In this document: positions 38,383-47,765 of the stretch, piece after piece
Layout: the number at the start of each line of letters is the position of its first letter
Numbering within the stretch: position 1 is the first letter of the stretch
Assembly (NCBI GenBank): GCA_049317725.1
Contig: JBMOHS010000001.1
Span: 352-64,351, forward strand
DNA from: Blastocatellia bacterium
GTDB lineage: Bacteria; Acidobacteriota; Blastocatellia; RBC074
Direction: 5' to 3'
Length of the DNA stretch: 64,000 nucleotides
Notes under the pieces: model-generated
Told to the model about the DNA's origin: nothing
Databases searched by the model: none
The model's input: the letters and a program-made list of their open reading frames with translations, nothing else
Made by a program: the position numbers and the translations under genes

Positions 38383-39333
38383 ATGCCCTCTCCCCGCGTC
38401 GCCATTCTGATTCTCTGCTACAACGCCGAAGGCTGGGTCGAGCGCTGTCTGGAGTCTGTCTCCGCGACGCGCTATGACAACTTCCGGGTCTACCTGCTCG
38501 ACAATGGCTCGACCGATGGAAGCATCGCCCGGGTCAGGGACCGCTTTCCCTGGGTCGAGGTGATCGAACATGGCACCAATCTGGGCTTCTGCGAAGGGAA
38601 CAATCGGGGCATCGCCATTGCCTTGGCGGATGGTGCGAGCAGCATCGTCCTGCTCAACCCGGACACTTGGGTGGAGCCAGACTGGTTGACGCCGCTGGTC
38701 AGCCTGTCAGAAGCGGAGGGAATCGGGATTGCCGGGGCGGTGCAGCTCGACTACCACTCAGCGGAGTTCAATAACTGGACTCGCACGGCAGTCCCTCACC
38801 TGCTGGCCGAACTGCGCAGTCCGGAGAAGGCCCGACCGTGGATCCCCGTCGAGTGGGTCGAAGGGTCGTGCCTCCTCGTCAAGCGGGAAGTACTCGACCG
38901 GATCGGCTGGCTCGATCCGATCTACTTTGCCTTTTACGAAGAGATCGACCTCTGCCGGCGTGCTCGGGCGCACGGATTCACCGTCGGACTGATCCCGGCA
39001 AGCCGGGTTCACCACTACCGTGGGGGGAGTTGGGAAGCGGACGCAGCCGTCTCCGAGGAGCGGCGCTACCGCTGTGATCGCAATCAGTTTGTCTATGAGT
39101 TGACGGATGTGAGGCGCGGCTGGGCCGGCAACCTCGTCGCGTGGGGACGGACGCTGCTGACCAAGGCCAAGGTGGAGGTTCGGAACGGATCGGTGCGTGG
39201 TGGCTGGAACTTGGCTCGCATCCAGTTGGACCTGCTCTGGCACGCCCGTCCGATCTGGCGAAAATGGAGAGCAGACCGGGCCTCTTGGCGACAGTCGCGA
39301 GTGGCCAGCCAAGCAGGAGGGGCGTCGAGTTGA
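38383..39333 (+). CDS. glycosyltransferase family 2
   Basis: VAILILCYNAEGWVERCLESV...YLLDNGSTDGS. Confidence 0.8.
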   Translation: MPSPRVAILILCYNAEGWVERCLESVSATRYDNFRVYLLDNGSTDGSIARVRDRFPWVEVIEHGTNLGFCEGNNRGIAIALADGASSIVLLNPDTWVEPDWLTPLVSLSEAEGIGIAGAVQLDYHSAEFNNWTRTAVPHLLAELRSPEKARPWIPVEWVEGSCLLVKREVLDRIGWLDPIYFAFYEEIDLCRRARAHGFTVGLIPASRVHHYRGGSWEADAAVSEERRYRCDRNQFVYELTDVRRGWAGNLVAWGRTLLTKAKVEVRNGSVRGGWNLARIQLDLLWHARPIWRKWRADRASWRQSRVASQAGGASS

Positions 39334-39353
39334 GCGGGAACGGGAGAGCAGGG

Positions 39354-40307
39354 ATGGAAGCAATCGAGCAGAGCAGCCCGGGGGATGAGACCATCGAGGT
39401 GACGATCATCATTCCGACACGGGACCGGCAACGCGATCTGGAGCGCTGCCTGGCGGCGCTGGCGGAGCAGACCTACCCGCTCGACCGGGTCGAGATCCTC
39501 GTCTGCGACGACGGCTCGCGTGAGCCTCTCGCGGGGATGATCGGCGACTTCCGGGCGCGGGGAGTTCCGGTCGAGCACCTGCGACAAGCGCCAGCGGGAC
39601 CAGCCGCGGCACGGAATCTCGGCATTCGGCACGCGCGTGGGTCGATCGTCGCCATGACCGACAGCGACACGCTGCCGCAACGTGACTGGTTGGCCAAACT
39701 GGTCGAGTCGTTGGCGGCACATCCAACAGCGGTCGGTGTCGAGGGGCAGGTCTACGCCAACAACGAAGGGGCCTACGACCCGCTCGGGGAGGGGCCGACC
39801 AATCGAAGCGGGGGCGTCTATCTGACGTGCAATTGCGCCTACCGCCGGTCGGTCCTGCTGGCGATCGGCGGGTTCGATCAGTCCTTCCCCTACCCGGCTT
39901 ACGAGGATGTCGACCTCGCGGCGAGTGCCCAGGCGTGGGGACCAATCGTCTGGCAGCCGGAAGCAGTCGTCCTCCACCCGCAACGTCCGCTGACGTGGCG
40001 CAATGTGCTCCAGAAACTTCACCACTGGGAATATGTGCTGCTGATGGGATTCCGGTATGGCTATCTCGGCTGGCCACGCTACCCGGTCCGCCACCCGCGC
40101 GGGCGGGTCGCCCTGCTCGCCGTCGTCGCCCTGCCGCTGGCCAAGTGGAAGACGGCCCTGGGGTGGCTCAGACGACGTCCAGGAGCGGCGCTGACGCTCT
40201 GTGGTCTGGGCGTCCTCGAATGCCTCGGGGCACTCCTGATCGTCGTCCCACGCGCCCTCTTCGGGCGCTTTGCTGACCGGATTCCCCGAAAGCGGTACCT
40301 CTCGTGA
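39354..40307 (+). CDS. glycosyltransferase family 2
   Basis: VTIIIPTRDRQRDLERCLAALAEQTY...ILVCDDGS...DSDTLP. Confidence 0.8.
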   Translation: MEAIEQSSPGDETIEVTIIIPTRDRQRDLERCLAALAEQTYPLDRVEILVCDDGSREPLAGMIGDFRARGVPVEHLRQAPAGPAAARNLGIRHARGSIVAMTDSDTLPQRDWLAKLVESLAAHPTAVGVEGQVYANNEGAYDPLGEGPTNRSGGVYLTCNCAYRRSVLLAIGGFDQSFPYPAYEDVDLAASAQAWGPIVWQPEAVVLHPQRPLTWRNVLQKLHHWEYVLLMGFRYGYLGWPRYPVRHPRGRVALLAVVALPLAKWKTALGWLRRRPGAALTLCGLGVLECLGALLIVVPRALFGRFADRIPRKRYLS

Positions 40308-41287
40308 CTCCCGTTCCGGATCCAACTGCCCCAGGCTCTCCCCTGGTCCACGTCGTCGTGCTCAACTACCAGATGCGGGAGCCGACCCTCGACTGCCTGC
40401 GCTCTCTGCAAGACCTGACCTACCCGAACTGGCGCCTCGTCGTCGTCGACAATGGATCGGATGATGGGCTGGAAGAGGTGGTGCAGCGCGACTATCCTGC
40501 CGCGGTCTTCCTCCAAACGGGGGAGAATCTGGGATACACCGGGGGGAACAACCGCGGTCTGGCTTATGCCCTCGCCGAGGGAGCCGACTACACGCTGATC
40601 CTCAATCCCGACACGGTTCTGGCCAATCCAGAGCTGCTGAGTGACTTGGTCACCTACCTCGAAGCCCACCCCGAGGTAGGGATTGCAGGACCACGCGTCT
40701 TCCTGCGCGACCGACAGACAGTGCAGAACACGGTGCTCTTCGCACCGAGCCTCTGGCGAAGCCTGGGCCACTGGGGACGGTACCGTCTGGCCCCCGACTC
40801 GCTCGTCCTGTCAGGCTCGTCGGTGGTCGAGGCCGAGGTCCTCAATGGCGTCTGCGTCCTGTTGCGCAGCAGGTGTCTGTACGAAATTGGCCTCTTCGAT
40901 GAGGTGTTCTTCATGTACATCGAGGACGCAGACCTTGACGAGAGAGCGAGACGGGCCGGATGGTCGATCCGCTACCTCCCGATCAATGGGGTCATCCACC
41001 GGCAGAAGCGCGAGGGGTATCACCCGACAAGTCCCGTCGCATTTCTGCTCAAGCGCAATTCGATCTACTATCTGGTCAAGACAGGCCAGCGTAGCCAAGC
41101 GTTGGGATATGCGCTCTGCTCGCTGCTCCTGATGGGGGGAACCGGGCTCTGGCGGGCGCTCTGGCATCGGGATCGGTCTGGGGCCAGAGAGGCGTGGCGA
41201 TTCTGCCAAGAGCTGTCGAGGACCACACGGGTGATTCTGAAAACTGGGTATCCTCCGGCATGGGTGCGGAACGCAGGCAACCGCTGA
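40304..41287 (+). CDS. glycosyltransferase family 2
   Basis: HVVVLNYQMREPTLDCLRSL...VVVDNGSDDG. GTG start overlapping the previous stop (GTGA). Confidence 0.8.
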   Translation: MTPVPDPTAPGSPLVHVVVLNYQMREPTLDCLRSLQDLTYPNWRLVVVDNGSDDGLEEVVQRDYPAAVFLQTGENLGYTGGNNRGLAYALAEGADYTLILNPDTVLANPELLSDLVTYLEAHPEVGIAGPRVFLRDRQTVQNTVLFAPSLWRSLGHWGRYRLAPDSLVLSGSSVVEAEVLNGVCVLLRSRCLYEIGLFDEVFFMYIEDADLDERARRAGWSIRYLPINGVIHRQKREGYHPTSPVAFLLKRNSIYYLVKTGQRSQALGYALCSLLLMGGTGLWRALWHRDRSGAREAWRFCQELSRTTRVILKTGYPPAWVRNAGNR

Positions 41288-41302
41288 CTTGACCGGGGCA
41301 AC

Positions 41303-43006
41303 GTGGGAAGGAAGAGAGTGATCGGATTGCAGCAGGAGAGAAAAAGAGAGTGGTCGTGGTGGCGAGGGGTCTGCCTCCTGATCGGCTGGGGGATGCTTTG
41401 GGAAGGGTCCGGAAGGGCGCAGCTCGCCACTCCCGGAACCTCTGCCAAGAAAAAAGAGGACGTCCCGGCGGTCGTCCCGGCCATCCGTGAGAGTGCACGG
41501 ATGCCCATTCCACTTCGTGGCATCCGGCCATTGCCGTTGGCCGGCCACTGGAATCTCGGTGAGGGGAAGGGAGGCTATGATCCCTCGTATCAAGTGGAGC
41601 TGATCCGCCAGGGGCACCACCTGCTGCCCTGGTTCCTCATGCCCAACGCCTATGCCCAGCCGCAGGATCCGCGCTGGATTGGCTATTACCAGGAAGCCAT
41701 GCGGCAGATGGCGGCCTGGCAGTTGCCGATCTCGCTCGTCAGCACGCAGTGGGAGTCGATCCTGAGTTGGGAGGAGAGGTACTGGAACCTGCCGTGGGAA
41801 GAGAATCCCAATGTCATCACCGTCAGTGGGGAGCGTCGCCGGGAAGTCTCGCCCTTTGGACCCGTCGATCCCTGGCGATCGGCAGGGGAGTGGTGGGGCA
41901 GCGGTGCGATGATCAAGCAGCTCCAGGCTTGGTATCCCAACCCACCACTGGTTCTCTTCGTCTCGAATCACGAGCATGCCCGCCTGGACTGGACAAAGGT
42001 CAGGGAGGACCGCCACTACCTCAAAAACTACGCGAGTCTCCAAGATCCGGACTCGATCCGGAGATTGGTCGGGAATCAATGGATCGAGCGCTACCGCGCG
42101 CTCCAGCAAGGGATTACCGACGGGTTGATCAGCTCCACTTGGAGGGAGCGGGCACGCTATGTGGGCTATGACGCCTTTGGGCCAGCCCATTTCGCACGAT
42201 GGCCTGGCTGGGTGGAGTACTCTCTCTACGCGGCTCATCGATTCTCACCGTGGACCTTCGCCTGGGACGGAGCCTCGCCCTCGTACTACCTCTTCAATTG
42301 GAGCGGAATCACCGACTTCACCGTCTACAGCCCCCAGATTGAGGCGATGAATTGGGTCTTCATGCTGGAGGAGACCTATCGCCAAAACCCTTCGTTCTGG
42401 TTTGAACTCTCGACGTGGGATGGGTACGAACCTGAGATGGCCAATGACAAGCGGAAGTTCTACGAACGGATTGGCCAGCGCTTCACACCGGCGCGATATG
42501 AGGGGATGATCCAGTTTGGGATGTGGCTCTTGCGTCCGCGGGTCGTCCGGGAGTTCCGCGGCTATCTGCAGACCGTGGCGGAGACGGGGGACTACTTTGC
42601 GGCGGTGCTCTCGGCGGTCGACCGGGTGCACCACCATCCCGAGCTGCGCAATTTTTGGGAGCAGAGTGACCTCGTCATCAACCGCACGGGAACCCATCCC
42701 TACCAAGTCAACGTCCCAATCGAGTATCTCGCACGCCCGCGCTGGTTTCTGCTCTCGACGACGGTCCATCCTCCGCCCCCCTGGCAGCTCGACACGGTCC
42801 TCCCCGTCTATGCACTTGCCCGGGTGAGAGGGTGGCTGGGAAATCGCGAATGGCTCATCTACGCCCATGCCCCCATGGGACAGCGAAATGGCATCGGGAT
42901 CGAGCTGCCCGGATTTGGAACCGTCCGGGTCGACGTTCCCGTCGAAGGTACCTTTGTCCTGGTCAAGGAACAGACCCGAATGCAACAGGTAGTGGGTGCC
43001 AAATGA
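41303..43006 (+). CDS. secreted Trp-rich hypothetical protein, no recognised domain (candidate polymer-processing enzyme)
   Basis: 567 aa. N-terminal signal-like CLLIGWGMLWEGSGRAQLA. High W/Y content. Embedded between GT genes and translationally coupled to the downstream GT4 (ATGA). Confidence 0.55.
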   Translation: MGRKRVIGLQQERKREWSWWRGVCLLIGWGMLWEGSGRAQLATPGTSAKKKEDVPAVVPAIRESARMPIPLRGIRPLPLAGHWNLGEGKGGYDPSYQVELIRQGHHLLPWFLMPNAYAQPQDPRWIGYYQEAMRQMAAWQLPISLVSTQWESILSWEERYWNLPWEENPNVITVSGERRREVSPFGPVDPWRSAGEWWGSGAMIKQLQAWYPNPPLVLFVSNHEHARLDWTKVREDRHYLKNYASLQDPDSIRRLVGNQWIERYRALQQGITDGLISSTWRERARYVGYDAFGPAHFARWPGWVEYSLYAAHRFSPWTFAWDGASPSYYLFNWSGITDFTVYSPQIEAMNWVFMLEETYRQNPSFWFELSTWDGYEPEMANDKRKFYERIGQRFTPARYEGMIQFGMWLLRPRVVREFRGYLQTVAETGDYFAAVLSAVDRVHHHPELRNFWEQSDLVINRTGTHPYQVNVPIEYLARPRWFLLSTTVHPPPPWQLDTVLPVYALARVRGWLGNREWLIYAHAPMGQRNGIGIELPGFGTVRVDVPVEGTFVLVKEQTRMQQVVGAK

Positions 43007-44190
43007 GGCGGGTTCTGCTCTTCAACAATACGCCGGCTCCCTATTTGGTACCCCTCTTCGAGGAGCTGCGACGAAAGAGTGGCTGGCATCTGACACTCTG
43101 CTTTGCGAGCCGCTGGAATGCGGACACGGGATGGCGCAAGGGAGAGGTGGAGGCGGGGCTGTCCGAAGGACAGACCGTCCATCTCGACGAGCTGCCTGTT
43201 CCAGGAAGGCGCTGGCTGGGAGAGACCGTGTCAATCATCCTCGGGGTGCTCGGGGTGCTTGGGCGGGAACGACCGGACTATCTGGTGATCTACGGGTATA
43301 CACTCATCCCTCAAGTGACGCTGCTGATCTGGGCCATGCTGCGGAGAAGACCGTTCGCGGTGTTGGGAGATGCCAACATCCACGCCGACCGGGCAGGAGG
43401 AGTGCGACGTTGGCTGAAACGCCTCTGGCTGGGCTGGATCGTGCGACGCGCGGCGGTGATTCCAACGATTGGCAAGGCCAACCGGCAGTTCTGGTTGTCG
43501 TACGGAGCGCGAGCGGACGACTTGGCGGCGGTGCCCTTTTCGGTCGACAATGCGTCCTTGGCAAAGGGAGCAGCGCGGGCGAAGGAGGAGGCCGCACGGG
43601 AACGGGCCCGATTGGGGCTCTCGCGGGCCGTGATCTTTCTCTCAGTGGGTCGGCTGATCGCGCGGAAGAACTTGGCAACCTTGATCCGGGCCTTTCGGTC
43701 CGTCGAAGGGGTAGAGATGGGGCTCATCATCGTCGGAACGGGGGAAGAGAGGCCGGAACTGGAACGGCTGGCGACGGGAGATCCACGGATCCACTTCACC
43801 GGGGGAGTCGCCCCGGTCGACCTGCCCCGCTGGTATGCCCTGAGCGACGTGCTGGTTCTCATCTCCCGCGACGAGCCGTGGGGATTGGTCGTCAACGAGG
43901 CGATGGCCTGCGGGCTGGCAATTCTCGCCCACCAGCATTGTGGGGCAACACCCGACTTGGTCGATGACGAAAACGGGATCGTGCTCGAAGGGTTCGGAGA
44001 GCAAGAGGTTGCCGAGGCGTTGCGGAGACTGGCGACCGTGACGCCGGCGCACCTCCGCCAGATGCAGGAGCGGTCTCAAGAGAAGATCGCCGACTGGGGG
44101 ATCGAGGCGACCGCCAAGGGGCTGATCGAGGCGGTTGAGCGAACCCCCTTCGAGGAATCGAACACTCCAAATGGGAGAAAAGAGGCATGA
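43003..44190 (+). CDS. glycosyltransferase family 4
   Basis: C-terminal LVLISRDEPWGLVVNEAMACGLAIL (EX7E). GT-B N-terminal domain. Confidence 0.8.
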   Translation: MRRVLLFNNTPAPYLVPLFEELRRKSGWHLTLCFASRWNADTGWRKGEVEAGLSEGQTVHLDELPVPGRRWLGETVSIILGVLGVLGRERPDYLVIYGYTLIPQVTLLIWAMLRRRPFAVLGDANIHADRAGGVRRWLKRLWLGWIVRRAAVIPTIGKANRQFWLSYGARADDLAAVPFSVDNASLAKGAARAKEEAARERARLGLSRAVIFLSVGRLIARKNLATLIRAFRSVEGVEMGLIIVGTGEERPELERLATGDPRIHFTGGVAPVDLPRWYALSDVLVLISRDEPWGLVVNEAMACGLAILAHQHCGATPDLVDDENGIVLEGFGEQEVAEALRRLATVTPAHLRQMQERSQEKIADWGIEATAKGLIEAVERTPFEESNTPNGRKEA

Positions 44191-45539
44191 GCGCCGCCCC
44201 CCTGATGTTGGCCATCATCGTCGCCTTCCTCTGGCTGCTGCTGCGGCGCTGGCGCGATCCCTTCCTCCGGGCCTACGGGCTCTTCTTCCTCGTCCTGCTT
44301 ATCTTTGCCTCGAACAAAGAGGGCTACGGGATCAGCAGTGCCTGGACGGAGGCGACCTTCAGTCCATTGAGCCTGCTGCGATGGATCCTGCTGGGGTGGC
44401 TGGTCTGGCAAGCGTGGCGATTGCCCCGACCAGAGGGCTTCCAAGTCAACCTTCCCATCGCCAGTGTCGTCGTGCTCCTCCTGGTCTTCATCCTCCTTTC
44501 CGGATTCTACGCGACGGACCGCGGGTATTCCTTGATGCGGGGCCTCAGTTTTGCCTTGCTCGCCTTCGCACTGATCAAAGGGCTTGGGCCATATCTGTAC
44601 CAGTGCACGCACTGTCTGCTCTTCTTCCGCTTTCATTACGCGGCGGCCTGGATTGTGCTTGCCCCTTTTCTGCTGCTGCACGCGACAGGAACAGGGTATG
44701 GCGTGACGATCATCATGGGTCAATATGCGGGATTCTTTGGCAATCAGAACGCGATTGGAGCCATCTCGGCGCTCTTGACCCCCTTTGTCCTCTTTCATTG
44801 GCAAGTGTTGGCGAAGCGGCGCTGGCAGCGACTGGCAGATTTGGCACTGATCGGGATGATGCTCGTCGGCGTCTGGCTCTCTGGATCGCGCAATGGGACC
44901 GCCTCGACCCTGGTGGCGATGACGGCCTATTTTTTCATCGTCAATCTGCAGAGTCGGTTGAAGATCGTCGCCGCCGGGGTGCTGCTGCTCCTCCTCTTCG
45001 GCTTCTTTCCGACCCTGCAGCAGGATGTCACCCGCTTCATCCGTAAAGGGACGGACCGGACAGTCGAGATTCGCGACTTTCGTTCGCAATTGACCGAAGA
45101 GCGTCGCTACGAGATGTGGAGCGGAGTCTGGCCAAAGTTCTGGGCGCAGAGCCTGACGGGGTACGGATTTGCGCAATCCCACCTCCTCGTCTACGAGTTT
45201 ACGGAAGATCGAGAATCGGGACGTTCGCTCCACAACAGCTACCTGGAAGTCTTCGGCGATCTGGGGCTTCCTGGAATTACCCTGCTCTTGCTGTTGTTGG
45301 CGTTCGTCGGGGGAGAGTGCCTGGGGGTGATCACAGGGGGCAGAGGACTCTTCGAACGACAGATTGCCGCGGTCTTCATCTCGACCTTCGTCGCGGGCAG
45401 CTTCAACGCCTTCTTCGAGAGCTGGATGTTTTCGGTTGGCAATCTGCTCTCGCTGCTCTACTGGGCCTCAGTCGCCGGAGTGATCGCGCAGACGACTTGG
45501 CAGCCGGTCAGTCGCTGGCAGTTGAATCCGGCACGATAG
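44187..45539 (+). CDS. Wzy_C-family O-antigen polymerase/ligase-like membrane protein
   Basis: About 10-12 TM helices. Wzy_C-like SLHNSYLEVFGDLGLPG. ATGA overlap with the upstream GT4. Confidence 0.7.
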   Translation: MSAAPLMLAIIVAFLWLLLRRWRDPFLRAYGLFFLVLLIFASNKEGYGISSAWTEATFSPLSLLRWILLGWLVWQAWRLPRPEGFQVNLPIASVVVLLLVFILLSGFYATDRGYSLMRGLSFALLAFALIKGLGPYLYQCTHCLLFFRFHYAAAWIVLAPFLLLHATGTGYGVTIIMGQYAGFFGNQNAIGAISALLTPFVLFHWQVLAKRRWQRLADLALIGMMLVGVWLSGSRNGTASTLVAMTAYFFIVNLQSRLKIVAAGVLLLLLFGFFPTLQQDVTRFIRKGTDRTVEIRDFRSQLTEERRYEMWSGVWPKFWAQSLTGYGFAQSHLLVYEFTEDRESGRSLHNSYLEVFGDLGLPGITLLLLLLAFVGGECLGVITGGRGLFERQIAAVFISTFVAGSFNAFFESWMFSVGNLLSLLYWASVAGVIAQTTWQPVSRWQLNPAR

Positions 45540-45565
45540 CCAAGATAGCCAAGATAGCCAAGATA
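45534..45565. repeat. tandem repeat, 3 x 9 bp (gatagccaa) spanning the stop of the Wzy_C gene
   Basis: Directly read: gatagccaagatagccaagatagccaagatag. The TAG stop of the preceding gene lies in the first unit. Confidence 0.9.
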
Positions 45566-45603
45566 GTTGGGGTAACTGGGGCAAGTTGCAAGGAGAGGGA
45601 GCG

Positions 45604-46854
45604 GTGGAGGAGCGCCGGGTTCTAGTCAATGCGATCGCCTCGACCGCGGGAGGAGGTCGCACCTACCTGCGCCAAGTCCTGCCCCGCTTGGCAGAACAGG
45701 CGGAGAGGGGGGAGCGATTCACGGTCCTGGTGCCGGCGTCGATGGTCGAAGCGTACCGGGCCTCGCTTGGCGAGAGAGGGGGCACGGTCTCGATCGAACC
45801 GGGTCCGACCGGTGGTGTCGCGAGGCGCTGGTGGTGGGAGCAGACAGGGCTGCGAAACCGGATCGTGGAGGGGCGCTACGACCTGCTCCTCTCGCTCGGA
45901 AATCTGGGCTTGCTGCGCTCTCCCATACCGCAGATTCTCTTCAATCGAAGTGATCTCCTCTTTTCGCGACGCTTCCGGCAAGATCTGTGCGAGCGCGGGG
46001 AGTGGCGAATGTGGCTCGAAAACCAGCTCCGGTTTGGGTTGGCGAGCCTGTCGATCCGTCGGTCCACGCTCAACCTGACGCCGACACGGGCCTTTGCCGA
46101 CCGGATCCGGGAGGTGCGCTGGCTCCGCAAGGAGCGGTTCGAGACTCTGCCCTTCGGGGTGGATCGGGACCGGTTTCGGGAGTTGTGCGGAGAGGCGTTG
46201 AGCCCACCACCGGCGTGGTGGAGTCAGGTCGCGCCGCAGCCGGGCATTCGACGGCTGCTCTACGTCAGCCACTACAACTACTTCCGGAATTTCGAGGCGC
46301 TGCTGCGAGCGCTCCCGGCGATTCGGAACGAATTGGCGCGGGCGACGGGCGAGCAGGTGGAGCTGGTCCTGACGACGAAGCTGGAGCGGGGAGCGGTCTA
46401 CGGCGGCTACGACGCGACCCGTGCTGCCGAACTGGTCGAACGTTTGGGGATTCGGTGCGCGGTGCGGATGCTTGGGGAGGTGGCGTGGGAAGAGCTGCAG
46501 GGGCTCTACCGGTCGGCGGACCTCTTCATCTGCCCGTCCTATGCGGAGAGTTTTGGGCATCCGCTGGTCGAGGCGATGGCGAGCGGGCTGCCAGTCCTCT
46601 CGGCGGATCTGCCGGTGCACCGGGAGGTCTGCGGAGACGCCGCGCGCTACTTCTCTCTTGACGAGGAGGGCGCGCTCGCGAAGCGGACGATCGCGCTGCT
46701 CCTCGACGAAGGGGAGCGGGTGCGGATGGCGGCGAGCGGCCGTGAGCGTGTCGCCAGCCTCTTCTCGTGGGACGAGCACGTCGAGCGGCTGCTGCGGTTG
46801 ATCCGGGAGATCCTGTCGGTTCCGCCTGGAAAGAGGGGAGGGGAGAAGTCGTGA
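45604..46854 (+). CDS. glycosyltransferase family 4
   Basis: ICPSYAESFGHPLVEAMASGLPVLSADLPVHREV (EX7E). GTG at 45604 has AGGAGAGGGAG SD. The ORF track starts at TTG 45586. Confidence 0.8.
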   Translation: MEERRVLVNAIASTAGGGRTYLRQVLPRLAEQAERGERFTVLVPASMVEAYRASLGERGGTVSIEPGPTGGVARRWWWEQTGLRNRIVEGRYDLLLSLGNLGLLRSPIPQILFNRSDLLFSRRFRQDLCERGEWRMWLENQLRFGLASLSIRRSTLNLTPTRAFADRIREVRWLRKERFETLPFGVDRDRFRELCGEALSPPPAWWSQVAPQPGIRRLLYVSHYNYFRNFEALLRALPAIRNELARATGEQVELVLTTKLERGAVYGGYDATRAAELVERLGIRCAVRMLGEVAWEELQGLYRSADLFICPSYAESFGHPLVEAMASGLPVLSADLPVHREVCGDAARYFSLDEEGALAKRTIALLLDEGERVRMAASGRERVASLFSWDEHVERLLRLIREILSVPPGKRGGEKS

Positions 46855-47762
46855 GCATTCCAGTCTCGGTCGTCATTCCCGTCAAGAACGAGGCGAAGAA
46901 CCTTCCGGCCTGCTTGGCGAGCGTTGCCTTTGCCGACGAGATCTGGGTGGTCGATTCCAGCAGCACCGATGGGACCACGGCGATCGCCGAGGCCCACGGG
47001 GCCCAGATCGTCCAGTTTGTCTATGACGGTGGATTTCCGAAGAAGAAGAATTGGGCCTTGACCCACCTGCCCCTGCGGCACGAGTGGGTGCTGCTGCTCG
47101 ACGCCGATGAGCGGGTTCCTCCTGCGTTAGCGGAGGAGATCGCAGCGGTCCTCGCTGCGCCAGGGGAGATCGATGGATACTACCTCAATCGGCGCCTGAT
47201 CTTTCTGGGTCGCTGGATTCGCCACGCCGGGTGGTACCCGAGCTGGAACCTGCGCCTCTTCCGTCACGCCCTCGGACGGTTCGAGAAGATCGAGACCCGG
47301 GCGGTGGAGCAGGCAGGGGACGTCGAGGTCCACGAGCACGTCGTCCTGCGCGGCCGCACCGGCTACCTCCAGCAAGACCTTCTCCACGAAGACTTCAAGA
47401 GCATCTACCACTTCGTCGAGCGCCACAATCGGTACTCCAACTGGGAGGCGCAGGTCTACCTCGACTTCGCGGAGGGCCGCAGGGGCGGAGATCGCCAGAT
47501 CGAGGCGTCGCTCTTCGGAGGTCCCCTTGCGCGCAAGCGGTGGCTCAAGCAGCTCTGGCCCCGCCTGCCCTTCCGGCCTTGGCTGCGGTTCATCTGGATG
47601 TATCTGCTGCGGGGCGGAATCCTCGACGGGCGGGCCGGGTTGATCTTCTGCACGCTGATGAGCCTGCACGAGGCCGTGATTGGGGCGAAGCTCTACGAGC
47701 TGCAATGGCGGCGGTCCCAGTCCGTGGATCGTTCGGAAGATGAGAGGAACGAGGAACGCTAG
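46851..47762 (+). CDS. glycosyltransferase family 2 (LPS-core GT2-like)
   Basis: VSVVIPVKNEAKNLPACLASVAFADEIWVVDSSSTDGT...LLLDADE. GTGA overlap with the upstream GT4. Confidence 0.8.
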   Translation: MSIPVSVVIPVKNEAKNLPACLASVAFADEIWVVDSSSTDGTTAIAEAHGAQIVQFVYDGGFPKKKNWALTHLPLRHEWVLLLDADERVPPALAEEIAAVLAAPGEIDGYYLNRRLIFLGRWIRHAGWYPSWNLRLFRHALGRFEKIETRAVEQAGDVEVHEHVVLRGRTGYLQQDLLHEDFKSIYHFVERHNRYSNWEAQVYLDFAEGRRGGDRQIEASLFGGPLARKRWLKQLWPRLPFRPWLRFIWMYLLRGGILDGRAGLIFCTLMSLHEAVIGAKLYELQWRRSQSVDRSEDERNEER

Positions 47763-47765
47763 CGG

